64,000 nucleotides of DNA from an uncultured Sangeribacter sp. (GTDB lineage: Bacteria; Bacteroidota; Bacteroidia; Bacteroidales; Muribaculaceae), in contig CAZNMC010000004.1 in NCBI GenBank assembly GCA_964574285.1, forward strand, positions 1,447 to 65,446, read 5' to 3'. Below, piece after piece: positions 29,727 through 41,008 of this stretch; position 1 is the first letter of the stretch, and each line of letters begins with the position of its first letter. The position numbers and the translations under genes were made by a program. The notes beneath the pieces were generated by a model that saw only the letters and a program-made list of their open reading frames with translations, was not told where the DNA came from and ran no database searches.

Positions 29727-29767
29727 ATCCCAAACCAAACTGGTAAACTTTTTAATCCTTATCCAAA

Positions 29768-31177
29768 ATGAAAGAAAAGGCACAACGGTTTAAATATGTT
29801 CTGACCGACTGGCTGACGGCCAATGTGGCTTTCTTTATTTTCAACACGTATCGTTTTGCCACATTCAATTCGATCAGTTCCCATGGCTTCCGTTCGTTTA
29901 TTTTCTCTGAGAAATTAATTTTGGAACAAATTATTGTTCCGCTACTTCTACTGGGATTATACTGGTTATCGGGCTATTATAACCGGCCATTCCGCAAATC
30001 AAGATTGCAGGAATTTTTCACGACACTTCTTTCGTCGCTATTAGCCACTCTTTTCATCTATTTGGGACTACTCACTAATGACCAGACCCTGATTGTCAGC
30101 ACCAACTATCTCATGCTGCTGACTCTCTTTCTATTGATTTTTATAATTACCTATATTGGCCGACTTGCCGTGACTTCTACTACCCTGGCTACTCAGCGCC
30201 GAAACCATTGGAGAGAACCGGCCATAATAGTGGGTGCCTCCCCGGAGGCATTGCAAACGGCTTTAAGCCTTTTGGACTCTCATCGAAATTCAGGGTATCA
30301 AATAATAGGCTTCGTGGCCCTACCAGGTGAAGAAATTTCTCCCGATCTTCCCGCACCGGTTGTAGCGAACAGCGAAATGGAATCTTTTATTGCCAAGACA
30401 AAAGTAAGTCAAGTCTTCATTGTTCCTCAAAATATGGACGATCGGATAGTGCTGTCGCTTGTGAATCGACTTTTTCCGCTTGGGACTTCGATTCGTATCG
30501 CCCCGGACACACTGAACTATGTCACTTCATCGATTCATTTACAGGACATATATGGAGAGCCTTTTGTAGATTTGGCGAGTCCCAAAATAAGCGAAGCTTC
30601 CAAAAATATTAAGAGAACAATAGACGTGTTGTTTTCGGGGATCGCACTCCTGTTATTATCTCTTCCCTCGGTTGTCATAGCTCTCTTAGTGCGCCACAGC
30701 TCCCCTGGACCGATTTTTTACCGCCAGGAGAGAATCGGATATCGGCAAAAACCTTTCAACATAATAAAGTTCCGGACCATGCGAACTGATGCTGAAGCGA
30801 CCGGTCCATGTCTCACATCAGAATCGGATCCGAGAGTGACTCCTATAGGTCGTTTTCTCCGTAAGTACAGGATTGATGAAGTGCCACAATTTATAAATGT
30901 TTTACGTGGGGAAATGTCGATTGTAGGCCCTCGGCCGGAACGATCTTATTTTATTCGGGATATTGTAAAGGAAGCTCCTTATTATACACTGATCCATCAG
31001 GTACGCCCGGGTATAACTTCATGGGGGATGGTAAAATTCGGTTATGCTTCCACAATATCGGAGATGGTGCAACGCACTCACTACGATTTGGTATATCTTG
31101 CCAATATGTCTGTTTCAGTCGATTTCAAAATCATGATTTATACTGTCAGAACAGTTATAACCGGAAGAGGCAAATAA
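29768..31177 (+). CDS. Polyprenyl-phosphate priming sugar-phosphotransferase (WcaJ/WbaP-like)
   Basis: Four N-terminal TM segments, a Rossmann-like domain, [48 protein letters not shown]. Confidence 0.92.
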   Translation: MKEKAQRFKYVLTDWLTANVAFFIFNTYRFATFNSISSHGFRSFIFSEKLILEQIIVPLLLLGLYWLSGYYNRPFRKSRLQEFFTTLLSSLLATLFIYLGLLTNDQTLIVSTNYLMLLTLFLLIFIITYIGRLAVTSTTLATQRRNHWREPAIIVGASPEALQTALSLLDSHRNSGYQIIGFVALPGEEISPDLPAPVVANSEMESFIAKTKVSQVFIVPQNMDDRIVLSLVNRLFPLGTSIRIAPDTLNYVTSSIHLQDIYGEPFVDLASPKISEASKNIKRTIDVLFSGIALLLLSLPSVVIALLVRHSSPGPIFYRQERIGYRQKPFNIIKFRTMRTDAEATGPCLTSESDPRVTPIGRFLRKYRIDEVPQFINVLRGEMSIVGPRPERSYFIRDIVKEAPYYTLIHQVRPGITSWGMVKFGYASTISEMVQRTHYDLVYLANMSVSVDFKIMIYTVRTVITGRGK

Positions 31178-31207
31178 GCAACACACTTTATCCAGTTAAC
31201 AGTACAA

Positions 31208-33010
31208 GTGGCTTATCAAGAAAGACATAATAGATTCACACGAGCATGGTTCAAAATTGTGCTATGGCGCGAACGGCATATCAGCGAACGCACATTTGTG
31301 ATCATACTTGCCTTGGCAGTGGGAATAATAGGTGGATTAGCGGCCCAATTGTTGAAATTCCTTATTCACACTATTTCGTCGGCTTTAACGACCCGGGTGT
31401 CCCTCACGTCTGCCAATTGGATTTACCTGATTCTTCCAATGATTGGGATTTTGATTACGGTTCTTTTCGTGAAATACGTAGTCAAAGACAATATTTCTCA
31501 TGGCGTCACGCGTGTGCTCTATGCCATATCGAAGCGCAAATCGCGTTTAAAAAAGAAAAACATGTGGGCTTCGCTGATTTCCTCGTCTATGACGATAGGC
31601 TTTGGAGGGTCAGTGGGCGCAGAAGGCCCCATAGTATTCACTGGAGCAGCAATTGGCTCAAATCTTGGTCAGGCCTTTCGACTTTCTCCCAAGATTTTGA
31701 TGATATTAGTAGGATGTGGAGCAGCCGCGGGAATAGCAGGAATATTTCGGGCACCTATTGCTGGGATGCTATTTACACTGGAGGTCTTAATGATAGATTT
31801 AACCGGTACGACTATCATGCCCCTTCTACTATCGTCGATCGCGGGGGGAACGGTTGCGTATATAATGGAGGGGTACGGATCGGAATTTTTCTTCATGCAA
31901 AGTGAACCGTATTATACACGCAAAATTCCCTACACTATCTTGTTGGGAATATTTACCGGATTTGTATCGCTTTACTTTACTTTAGTAATGACGCAAATGG
32001 AGAACATTTTCGGTAAAATCCGTCACATTTGGCTTAAAGTGTTAACAGGAGGGACCTTATTGGCGTTGCTTATCTTTTTATTTCCCCCCCTCTTTGGTGA
32101 AGGCTACGGTGCCATAAGTAATTTATTGAATGGCTCACCGGCCTCAATTTTGGATGGAACACTTTTTTACCCTGACAAAAGTAATCCATGGTCCATTGCA
32201 ATCTTCATCGGATGCATAGTATTAACTAAAGCGTTTGCCACAAGTGCCACCAATGGGGCCGGTGGAGTTGGCGGCACGTTTGCCCCATCTCTGTTTGTCG
32301 GGGCCATGACCGGCTTTCTCTTTGCCTTTATGTTTAACCAATTTTGGCCTAACATCGGCATTTCGGATAAGAATTTTGCCCTGTTGGGAATGGCGGGAGT
32401 GATGAGTGGAGTGATGCATGCACCGCTGATGTCGATATTTTTAACAGCAGAGATGACGGGGGGGTATGACCTCTTTCTTCCATTGCTGATAGTGTCTACG
32501 TTGGCCTATATGACAGTCCGCATCTTCCAGCCCTATAGCATCTATTCTATGCGTCTTGCCCGCAAAGGACAGTTGTTTACGCATGAAAAAGATAAAGCAG
32601 TTCTCTCACTGTTAAAAACCGATAGTGTGGTGGAGAAAGATTTCAAGAGTGTCACTCCGGAGATGACCCTTAAGGAAGTAGTGGATATTATATCCCGGTC
32701 GAAACGCAATCTTTTCCCGGTAGTGGATTTTGAAGGTAATTTTAAGGGAGTAGTCTTACTGGATGACATCCGCAACATCATGTTTCGGTCCGATCTGTAT
32801 CATAAGATGCATGTCAGCCGATTCATGTCGACTCCTCCTGCTAGAATAGAGATTACCATGCCAATGGAAGAGGTAATGAAGATTTTTGATGATACCCAAG
32901 CCTGGAATCTACCGGTAGTGGATGGAGAAAAATATGTAGGATTTGTAAGTAAATCGAAAATTTTCAGTTCTTATAGAGCACTTCTACGCCACTATACGGA
33001 TGATGAATAA
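31208..33010 (+). CDS. ClC chloride channel/antiporter with CBS domains
   Basis: GGSVGAEGP (gating Glu), GGTFAPSL, C-terminal CBS pair; GTG start. Confidence 0.93.
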   Translation: MAYQERHNRFTRAWFKIVLWRERHISERTFVIILALAVGIIGGLAAQLLKFLIHTISSALTTRVSLTSANWIYLILPMIGILITVLFVKYVVKDNISHGVTRVLYAISKRKSRLKKKNMWASLISSSMTIGFGGSVGAEGPIVFTGAAIGSNLGQAFRLSPKILMILVGCGAAAGIAGIFRAPIAGMLFTLEVLMIDLTGTTIMPLLLSSIAGGTVAYIMEGYGSEFFFMQSEPYYTRKIPYTILLGIFTGFVSLYFTLVMTQMENIFGKIRHIWLKVLTGGTLLALLIFLFPPLFGEGYGAISNLLNGSPASILDGTLFYPDKSNPWSIAIFIGCIVLTKAFATSATNGAGGVGGTFAPSLFVGAMTGFLFAFMFNQFWPNIGISDKNFALLGMAGVMSGVMHAPLMSIFLTAEMTGGYDLFLPLLIVSTLAYMTVRIFQPYSIYSMRLARKGQLFTHEKDKAVLSLLKTDSVVEKDFKSVTPEMTLKEVVDIISRSKRNLFPVVDFEGNFKGVVLLDDIRNIMFRSDLYHKMHVSRFMSTPPARIEITMPMEEVMKIFDDTQAWNLPVVDGEKYVGFVSKSKIFSSYRALLRHYTDDE

Positions 33011-34007
33011 CCCCAAAACGATGACACAAATGGAAAAGAACCGAATGAAGATAATCTTCATGGGGACACCGGAATTTGCCGTGGCTTCCCTCCGGCGTCT
33101 AATTCAAAATAAATGGAATGTAGTAGCTATTGTGACAGCTCCGGACAAACCGGCAGGTCGAGGTCACAAAATGCTTCAAAGCGACGTAAAAAAATATGCG
33201 CTTGAAGAAGGATTACCCGTTCTCCAACCGCGTAACTTAAAAGCTCCGGAATTTATAGCCGAACTTAAATCATATGAAGCCGATCTATTTGTGGTTATTG
33301 CGTTTAGAATGCTTCCCAAAGAAGTATGGAGTATGCCGCGGCTGGGTTGTTTCAATCTTCACGCATCGCTTTTACCAAAATATAGAGGAGCAGCTCCAAT
33401 GTTTCGTGCGGTCATGAATGGTGAAGCAGTTACAGGAGTAACTACATTTTTTTTGAATGAGACTATAGACACGGGGGATATCATAGACCAAACTATGATT
33501 GCCATTCATCCGGATGAAACTGTGGAATCTGTCCACGATCGTCTCATGGAAATTGGTGCAGAGATGACACTTCGGACAGTGCAAGAGATATGCGACGGAA
33601 ATTTAACTGTCACCTCTCAACCGGAGGGGGAATTTATTCCTGCTCCGAAAATTTTCCGAACGGATTGTGAAATTCACTGGGAAAAAGATGCAGTAGAAGT
33701 TCACAATCATATAAGAGGGCTTTCTCCGTATCCGGGGGCCCGGACCACCATCGTCGATGATTCCGGGCGAAAGATGGAAGCAAAGATTCTTCGTAGCGCA
33801 CTAACAAGAATAAGCCGACCGGAGAAATTCCTTCCCGGCCAAATCTTACCGGATAAAAAGCAATTATTAGTTGCCTGCGGAAATGAATTTCTGGAAATTC
33901 TTTCCTTGCAACCAGCGGGGAAAAAACCGATGGATGCCGGAGCTTTCCTGTTAGGGTATCACCCCATAGAATGTCGCCAAACCGCACTCGACGATGATCA
34001 CAAATAA
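33000..34007 (+). CDS. fmt: Methionyl-tRNA formyltransferase
   Basis: IFMGTPEFA, PDKPAGRG, NLHASLLPKYRGAAP, HIRGLSPYPGA. True start is probably ATG 33021 or 33030. Confidence 0.96.
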   Translation: MMNNPKTMTQMEKNRMKIIFMGTPEFAVASLRRLIQNKWNVVAIVTAPDKPAGRGHKMLQSDVKKYALEEGLPVLQPRNLKAPEFIAELKSYEADLFVVIAFRMLPKEVWSMPRLGCFNLHASLLPKYRGAAPMFRAVMNGEAVTGVTTFFLNETIDTGDIIDQTMIAIHPDETVESVHDRLMEIGAEMTLRTVQEICDGNLTVTSQPEGEFIPAPKIFRTDCEIHWEKDAVEVHNHIRGLSPYPGARTTIVDDSGRKMEAKILRSALTRISRPEKFLPGQILPDKKQLLVACGNEFLEILSLQPAGKKPMDAGAFLLGYHPIECRQTALDDDHK

Positions 34008-35694
34008 AATAACAGCCGAAATTTTAGCTGAAGTTTTCTCCCAACAGGGATGCTCGCGTTGCATAGCTTCTCCGGGTTCGCGCAATGCACCTTTGATTGT
34101 TGCATTCGAAAAGCGAATGATCACAGAAGTCGTGATTGATGAGCGCTCGGCGGCCTTTAGAGGACTTGGAATGGCACAAGTTACGGGGAAACCGGTAGTC
34201 CTTCTATGCACTTCGGGGTCAGCACTTCTTAACTATGGTCCGGCACTTGCGGAAGCATTTTATCAAGGGGTTCCTCTAATAGTTATCTCGGCAGATCGTC
34301 CGTTTCAATGGATTGATCAGGACGATTCCCAAACAATCCGCCAACCTGGAGCTTTCCCAAATATCGTAAAGGGTAGTTATGACATTCCCGATGGCCAACT
34401 GCCGAATAATGAAATCGAATGGTTTGCCAATCGAATTGCCAATGAAGCATGGCTAACCGCTATTGATGGCAAACCGGGTCCTGTGCATATCAATATCCAA
34501 TTTCAGGCCCCCCTTACTGAAGCAGGAGAATCCATACGACCTCAACGGCTAATAACTCAAATAAAGCCAGAAGAAACAATCAGTCGAAAAGAAGCGTTGG
34601 AATTGGCTTTGAAGGCAAAAAATGCAAAAATATTAGTAGTGGCCGGGTTTCATAATCCTTCTCACCGGCTTAACCGATCATTGCAACGCTTCGCCACTCT
34701 TCCCAATGTATATATCCTCCATGAAACAATCGCGAATCTACGACTGCATGGGGATGCGTGTCCGGTAGACACCTTGATTGCTTCTCTTTCAGATGAAGAA
34801 GCTGCCAGGCTGCGGCCGGATCTTGTAATTTCATTCGGAGGCGCCTTGGTGAGCCGGTTATTAAAACAATATCTCCGGACTTATAGTCCCTCTATGGGAC
34901 ATTGGCATATAGGAGGGGGCAATTCCATAGCCGACTGCTTTAAATCGCTCACTTGTCGGATCTCCACGCCGGCTCACTCTTTCTTCAGTCGTATAGGAGG
35001 AGCGTTGGCTCGGCTCCATCCCACCTCGGATTACGCAAACCTATGGAAGGACCATTCCATAACGGTCAATCAACGACATGAATCCTTTGTATGTCGAATT
35101 CCATGGTGTGATATGAAAGCAATGCAGATTATTTTCAATCATTTGGAAACAAATGTCAATCTTCAGCTTTCCAATGGCACTCCCATCCGATATGCCCAAA
35201 TCCTGCAACGGAAAGCACCTCATTCCGCAAGGTGTAATCGTGGTGTAAGCGGTATTGACGGTTGCACATCCACTGCGATCGGTGCTGCAACGGTATACAA
35301 CCGGGATACTTTATTAATCACCGGCGATCTCTCTTTTACCTATGATTTGTCGGCACTGATTCATCCGATACCATCCCGACTTCACATTATTGTCTTTAAC
35401 AACGGAGGAGGCAGTATCTTTAGATTCGTAAATACGACATCCACTCTGCCTACGGAAATGAGGGAAAAATACTTCTGCGCTGATCCGGGTCTTGACTTTA
35501 GGAAAATAGCCAACACTTTTGGATTGGAGTATTCTCTTGCAGATTCAATAGAATCGCTGGAAAATTATTTTTCTTCCTCAATGGAAGGTCCGTCTCTTCT
35601 TGAGATCAGGACTGACGGAGAGCTGTCTTCCCGGATATTAAAGGATTATTTCGCAGCCATCAAGACCAACTCTTCAACAAATAAATTAACCTAA
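33994..35694 (+). CDS. menD: SEPHCHC synthase MenD
   Basis: [44 protein letters not shown]...NNGGG. Confidence 0.95.
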   Translation: MITNKITAEILAEVFSQQGCSRCIASPGSRNAPLIVAFEKRMITEVVIDERSAAFRGLGMAQVTGKPVVLLCTSGSALLNYGPALAEAFYQGVPLIVISADRPFQWIDQDDSQTIRQPGAFPNIVKGSYDIPDGQLPNNEIEWFANRIANEAWLTAIDGKPGPVHINIQFQAPLTEAGESIRPQRLITQIKPEETISRKEALELALKAKNAKILVVAGFHNPSHRLNRSLQRFATLPNVYILHETIANLRLHGDACPVDTLIASLSDEEAARLRPDLVISFGGALVSRLLKQYLRTYSPSMGHWHIGGGNSIADCFKSLTCRISTPAHSFFSRIGGALARLHPTSDYANLWKDHSITVNQRHESFVCRIPWCDMKAMQIIFNHLETNVNLQLSNGTPIRYAQILQRKAPHSARCNRGVSGIDGCTSTAIGAATVYNRDTLLITGDLSFTYDLSALIHPIPSRLHIIVFNNGGGSIFRFVNTTSTLPTEMREKYFCADPGLDFRKIANTFGLEYSLADSIESLENYFSSSMEGPSLLEIRTDGELSSRILKDYFAAIKTNSSTNKLT

Positions 35695-35710
35695 TATTAA
35701 GTGTACATCC

Positions 35711-36523
35711 ATGAAATGGACTCCAATTAAAGAATATACAGATATACTCTTCGAACAATTTGAAGGCATTGCAAAAATTACTATAAATCGTCCGCAGGTG
35801 TATAATGCCTTTCGACCGCTTACGAATGCGGAGATGCTTGACGCAATGTCCATCTGCCGCGAACGAAACGAGATCGGAGTTGTCATTCTGACCGGAGCGG
35901 GCGACAAGGCGTTTTGTTCCGGCGGTGATCAAAATGTTAAGGGAGTTGGGGGTTACATAGATGAAAACGGAGTGCCCCGTCTCAATGTGCTTGACCTTCA
36001 TAAAGCCATCCGGTCGCTCACCAAGCCCGTGATAGCAATGGTCAATGGATATTCCATCGGAGGGGGAAATGTGTTGCAAGTAGTATGTGATCTTTCAATT
36101 GCATCGGAAAATGCACGTTTTGGACAAACCGGACCGAAAGTGGGAAGCTTTGATGCCGGCTTCGGGTCTTCATATCTTGCACGATGCGTAGGACAAAAGA
36201 AAGCGCGTGAAATTTGGTTTCTATGCAAACAATACACTGCCCAAGAGGCTTTGGAGATGGGTATGGTCAATGCAGTGGTACCATTCGACAAATTGGAGGA
36301 GACGACAATCGAATGGTGTCGCACCATTCTGAAACGCTCTCCGATGGCTATCCGAATGATCAAGCGGGCCTTAAATGCTGAACTGGACGGCCAACACGGA
36401 TTGATGGAGTTTGCCGGCGACACGACTCTGATGTATTATCTTATGGCTGAAGCGCAAGAAGGCAAAAATGCTTTCCTTGAGAAACGCGATCCGGATTTTG
36501 ATCAATTCCCTAAATTCCCTTAA
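35711..36523 (+). CDS. menB: 1,4-dihydroxy-2-naphthoyl-CoA synthase
   Basis: [35 protein letters not shown]. Confidence 0.98.
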   Translation: MKWTPIKEYTDILFEQFEGIAKITINRPQVYNAFRPLTNAEMLDAMSICRERNEIGVVILTGAGDKAFCSGGDQNVKGVGGYIDENGVPRLNVLDLHKAIRSLTKPVIAMVNGYSIGGGNVLQVVCDLSIASENARFGQTGPKVGSFDAGFGSSYLARCVGQKKAREIWFLCKQYTAQEALEMGMVNAVVPFDKLEETTIEWCRTILKRSPMAIRMIKRALNAELDGQHGLMEFAGDTTLMYYLMAEAQEGKNAFLEKRDPDFDQFPKFP

Positions 36524-36526
36524 ATT

Positions 36527-37585
36527 GTGAGATTAGCATTTGCTCCCTATAGATTGTATTTCCGTACCCCTGCCGGCACTTCTCGTGGGGTCCTGACCGA
36601 AAAGCCGACCTATTTCATAAAAATATGGGATGAGAATTGTCCTGAAATAGTAGGATTAGGTGAGGCACCGCTTTTTCCCGGGCTGTCACCGGAAGCGGAC
36701 GACCGATATGAGTATAAACTTATAGAATTGCTGGCAAACGTGGCGATCGGCCGTCCAACGGATCTGTCGCGCCATTCCTCCATTCAATTCGGATTCGAAC
36801 AAGCGTTACGGGATTATTCCCTGGGTGGAAAAAGGATATATGCACCCTCTTCATTTACGGAAGGAAATCAAACCATCACAATCAATGGTTTGATATGGAT
36901 GGGAACGCTCGATGAAATGACCGCTCGGATTGCAGATAAAGTGGAAAAGGGTTTTCATTGTCTGAAACTGAAAATAGGAGCTCTGGATTGGGTTCAAGAG
37001 GAAAAAATGATCGAGACGATTAGAAACCGATTCAGTCCGGAAGAGTTGGAAATCAGAGTTGATGCAAACGGTGGCTTTTCAATGGAGAGTGCCCTCCCCC
37101 GGCTAAACTGGTTATATTCAATGGGAATTCATTCAATTGAACAACCAATTCGAGCCGGTTATCCCGAGTTAATGGAATTCTTATGTAAAGTTTCTCCTCT
37201 ACCTATTGCACTTGATGAAGAACTTATAGGAATTTCCGATCCAATAAAAAAAATTGAATTGCTTGATACAATTCGACCGGCATACATTATTTTGAAACCA
37301 GCACTATGCGGGGGATTCTCCGGTGCAGAAGAATGGATAACACTTGCAAAAGAACGCAACATCGGATGGTGGATCACCTCCAGCCTTGAATCCAATATAG
37401 GTCTCAACGCATTGGCTCAATTCACGGCCACTTTAAACCCGACCATTCCCCAAGGGTTGGGAACGGGTGCTCTTTTTACTAATAATCTGCCTTCTCCGCT
37501 AGAATTAGATGGCGAGAAACTGGGGTTTAATCCCGATTTCACGTATGACAATTCTTGGTTCGAAAAACTTGAATGGCGAGAATGA
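36527..37585 (+). CDS. menC: o-succinylbenzoate synthase
   Basis: Enolase-superfamily motifs KLKIG, DANG, IEQP, ALDEE, ILKP; position in the men cluster. Confidence 0.92.
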   Translation: MRLAFAPYRLYFRTPAGTSRGVLTEKPTYFIKIWDENCPEIVGLGEAPLFPGLSPEADDRYEYKLIELLANVAIGRPTDLSRHSSIQFGFEQALRDYSLGGKRIYAPSSFTEGNQTITINGLIWMGTLDEMTARIADKVEKGFHCLKLKIGALDWVQEEKMIETIRNRFSPEELEIRVDANGGFSMESALPRLNWLYSMGIHSIEQPIRAGYPELMEFLCKVSPLPIALDEELIGISDPIKKIELLDTIRPAYIILKPALCGGFSGAEEWITLAKERNIGWWITSSLESNIGLNALAQFTATLNPTIPQGLGTGALFTNNLPSPLELDGEKLGFNPDFTYDNSWFEKLEWRE

Positions 37586-38619
37586 AGAGCTTTCTCACCT
37601 CGAAAAGCAACATAGCAGAACGTCAGCTGGTCTGGAATACTGCAATTCAATATGGGATTGGAAAATTAGAAGCCCATACCTCGGGTTCAACTGGAATTCC
37701 CAAAGCAATATCCCTACCTGATATTCTCATTGCAGAAAGTCTCCGGCGATCAATTGAATATTTTGAATTAACTCCCGACAGTCATCTGCACAGTTGCGTC
37801 TCTGCCCGATTTATCGGTGGGAAAATGATGGTATGCCGAGCTGTGGCACTTGGATGTAGATTTACGTTTGAAAATCCTTCAAATCGACCGGAATTCCCCA
37901 GGGAGGATCCGATTGACTTACTGGCCATTGTGCCATCGATGGCAGCTTACATTATAGAACGTAAGAAAAAAAACGATCTTCCTCCAATTCGATATATTAT
38001 TTGTGGTGGGGCTCCCCTATCACAAGCTTTGCGCTCGGCCTTATACGACAACTCGCTGCCTGTGTATGAAACTTACGGGATGACGGAGACAGCTTCACAT
38101 GTAGCTCTACGACGTGTCAGTCATGATCCGAATGAACCATTCCGATTGCTTCCGGGAGTGACAGCAACGACGGATAGGCGGGGGTGTATCATATTAAAAA
38201 TTAAAGGAATTGACAACCCAATCATTACCAATGACTTGGTTAAGCTTATCTCCGAGAAGGAATTTATTCTCAAAGGGAGGGCAGACAATGTCATTATATC
38301 GGGAGGGATGAAAGTGATTCCGGAGGACGTGGAAGCAAGAATCGGCCATCTAATATCGGGAGAATTCATTATCTCATCTGTGTTCTCGGAAAAATGGGGA
38401 GAAGAAGTAATTTTAATTTTAGATAACCCTTCTGACAGGCGTGATCCGGACTCTGGCGAACGGATTGACGAAAATTTGCTTATAAATAGTCTTTCTGAAA
38501 TTGATCCGCTTCTAAGTCAGAAATTTAAAACTATACTTGCGCCGCACGAAATTCCGCGTCGATATGCAGAAATGAGACTGAAAAGGACTCTATCTGGAAA
38601 AATAATCCGTAAGGGTTGA
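37582..38619 (+). CDS. menE: o-succinylbenzoate-CoA ligase (short Bacteroidetes type)
   Basis: TSGSTG.PK, YGMTET, TND, GRADNVIISGG, SGKI. ATG 37582 overlaps the menC stop codon (ATGA). Confidence 0.88.
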   Translation: MKSFLTSKSNIAERQLVWNTAIQYGIGKLEAHTSGSTGIPKAISLPDILIAESLRRSIEYFELTPDSHLHSCVSARFIGGKMMVCRAVALGCRFTFENPSNRPEFPREDPIDLLAIVPSMAAYIIERKKKNDLPPIRYIICGGAPLSQALRSALYDNSLPVYETYGMTETASHVALRRVSHDPNEPFRLLPGVTATTDRRGCIILKIKGIDNPIITNDLVKLISEKEFILKGRADNVIISGGMKVIPEDVEARIGHLISGEFIISSVFSEKWGEEVILILDNPSDRRDPDSGERIDENLLINSLSEIDPLLSQKFKTILAPHEIPRRYAEMRLKRTLSGKIIRKG

Positions 38620-38743
38620 TAAAAATTTCGAACCGCCGGAGATCTGAAATAAATGAACTATTTTAGAATTCAAGGTGTTGAAAATATGTCAAGACAGTCT
38701 AAAGATGTCTTATCAAATTTATAATAGCGAGTCAATAATAATT

Positions 38744-38759
38744 TGGCACGCTATTTGCA
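38744..38759 (+). promoter_or_regulatory. Sigma54 (RpoN) -24/-12 promoter of groESL
   Basis: TGGCACG-CTAT-TTGCA, with exact GG-N10-GC spacing, about 95 nt before groES. Confidence 0.8.
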
Positions 38760-38792
38760 TGAATTATTTCACGCTATTTGCATGAATTATTT
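38747..38792. repeat. Exact 23-bp tandem duplication overlapping the sigma54 promoter
   Basis: CACGCTATTTGCATGAATTATTT x2 (38747-38769, 38770-38792). Confidence 0.95.
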
Positions 38793-38853
38793 TAGGAATA
38801 AATAACGCGTTCAATCAAATAAAAAATCAAACATAAATTAAATTACAAAAACT

Positions 38854-39126
38854 ATGAATATTCAGCCATTGGCCGACCGCGTGCTTATCGAGCCGACCGC
38901 AGCAGAAGAAGTAACAATGGGAGGAATAATCATCCCGGATTCAGCTAAAGAGAAACCACTCAAAGGCAAAGTGTTGGCCGTAGGTGGAGGCACTAAAGAA
39001 GAAGAAATGGTGCTCAAGGCAGGCGATGAAGTACTCTATGGTAAATATGCCGGAACTGAAATTGAAATAGAAGGCACTAAGTATCTTATAATGCGTCAAG
39101 CGGATGTGCTTGCCATTTTAAAATAA
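38854..39126 (+). CDS. groES: Co-chaperonin GroES
   Basis: [29 protein letters not shown]. Confidence 0.98.
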   Translation: MNIQPLADRVLIEPTAAEEVTMGGIIIPDSAKEKPLKGKVLAVGGGTKEEEMVLKAGDEVLYGKYAGTEIEIEGTKYLIMRQADVLAILK

Positions 39127-39139
39127 ACTCAATTTTTAG

Positions 39140-40795
<1,656 letters not shown>

Positions 40796-40848
40796 TCATA
40801 AAAACGATTCTCGACAACTTTTTGTCGAATTGAAAATAGAAAAATGTG

Positions 40849-40891
40849 TGGCACCGCTCGGGGGCAAAATCCTGGGCGGTGTCATTTTTTT
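40849..40891 (+). terminator. Intrinsic terminator after groEL
   Basis: GC-rich hairpin TGGCACCGCTCGGGG...TCCTGGGCGGTGTCA (with G:U pairs) followed by T7. Confidence 0.8.
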
Positions 40892-41008
40892 GTACCCTTC
40901 CTTAAGAATATTTAATAGGCTTTGCAGGCAATTATAATTTATTTGACTATTGTAGTTCTATTTTTTAATTTTTTTGATTACTTTTGTGAGTACCTTAAAA
41001 AATAATAA

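Noticed and set aside
31246-31905. 219-aa alternative-frame ORF inside the ClC gene
   Set aside because: Fully nested in a well-supported CDS, with no motifs.
26463-38792. 23-bp repeats as CRISPR remnants or ends of a mobile element
   Set aside because: The copies are directly adjacent with no spacers, the two repeats are unrelated in sequence, there are no cas or transposase genes, and the DNA between them is housekeeping.
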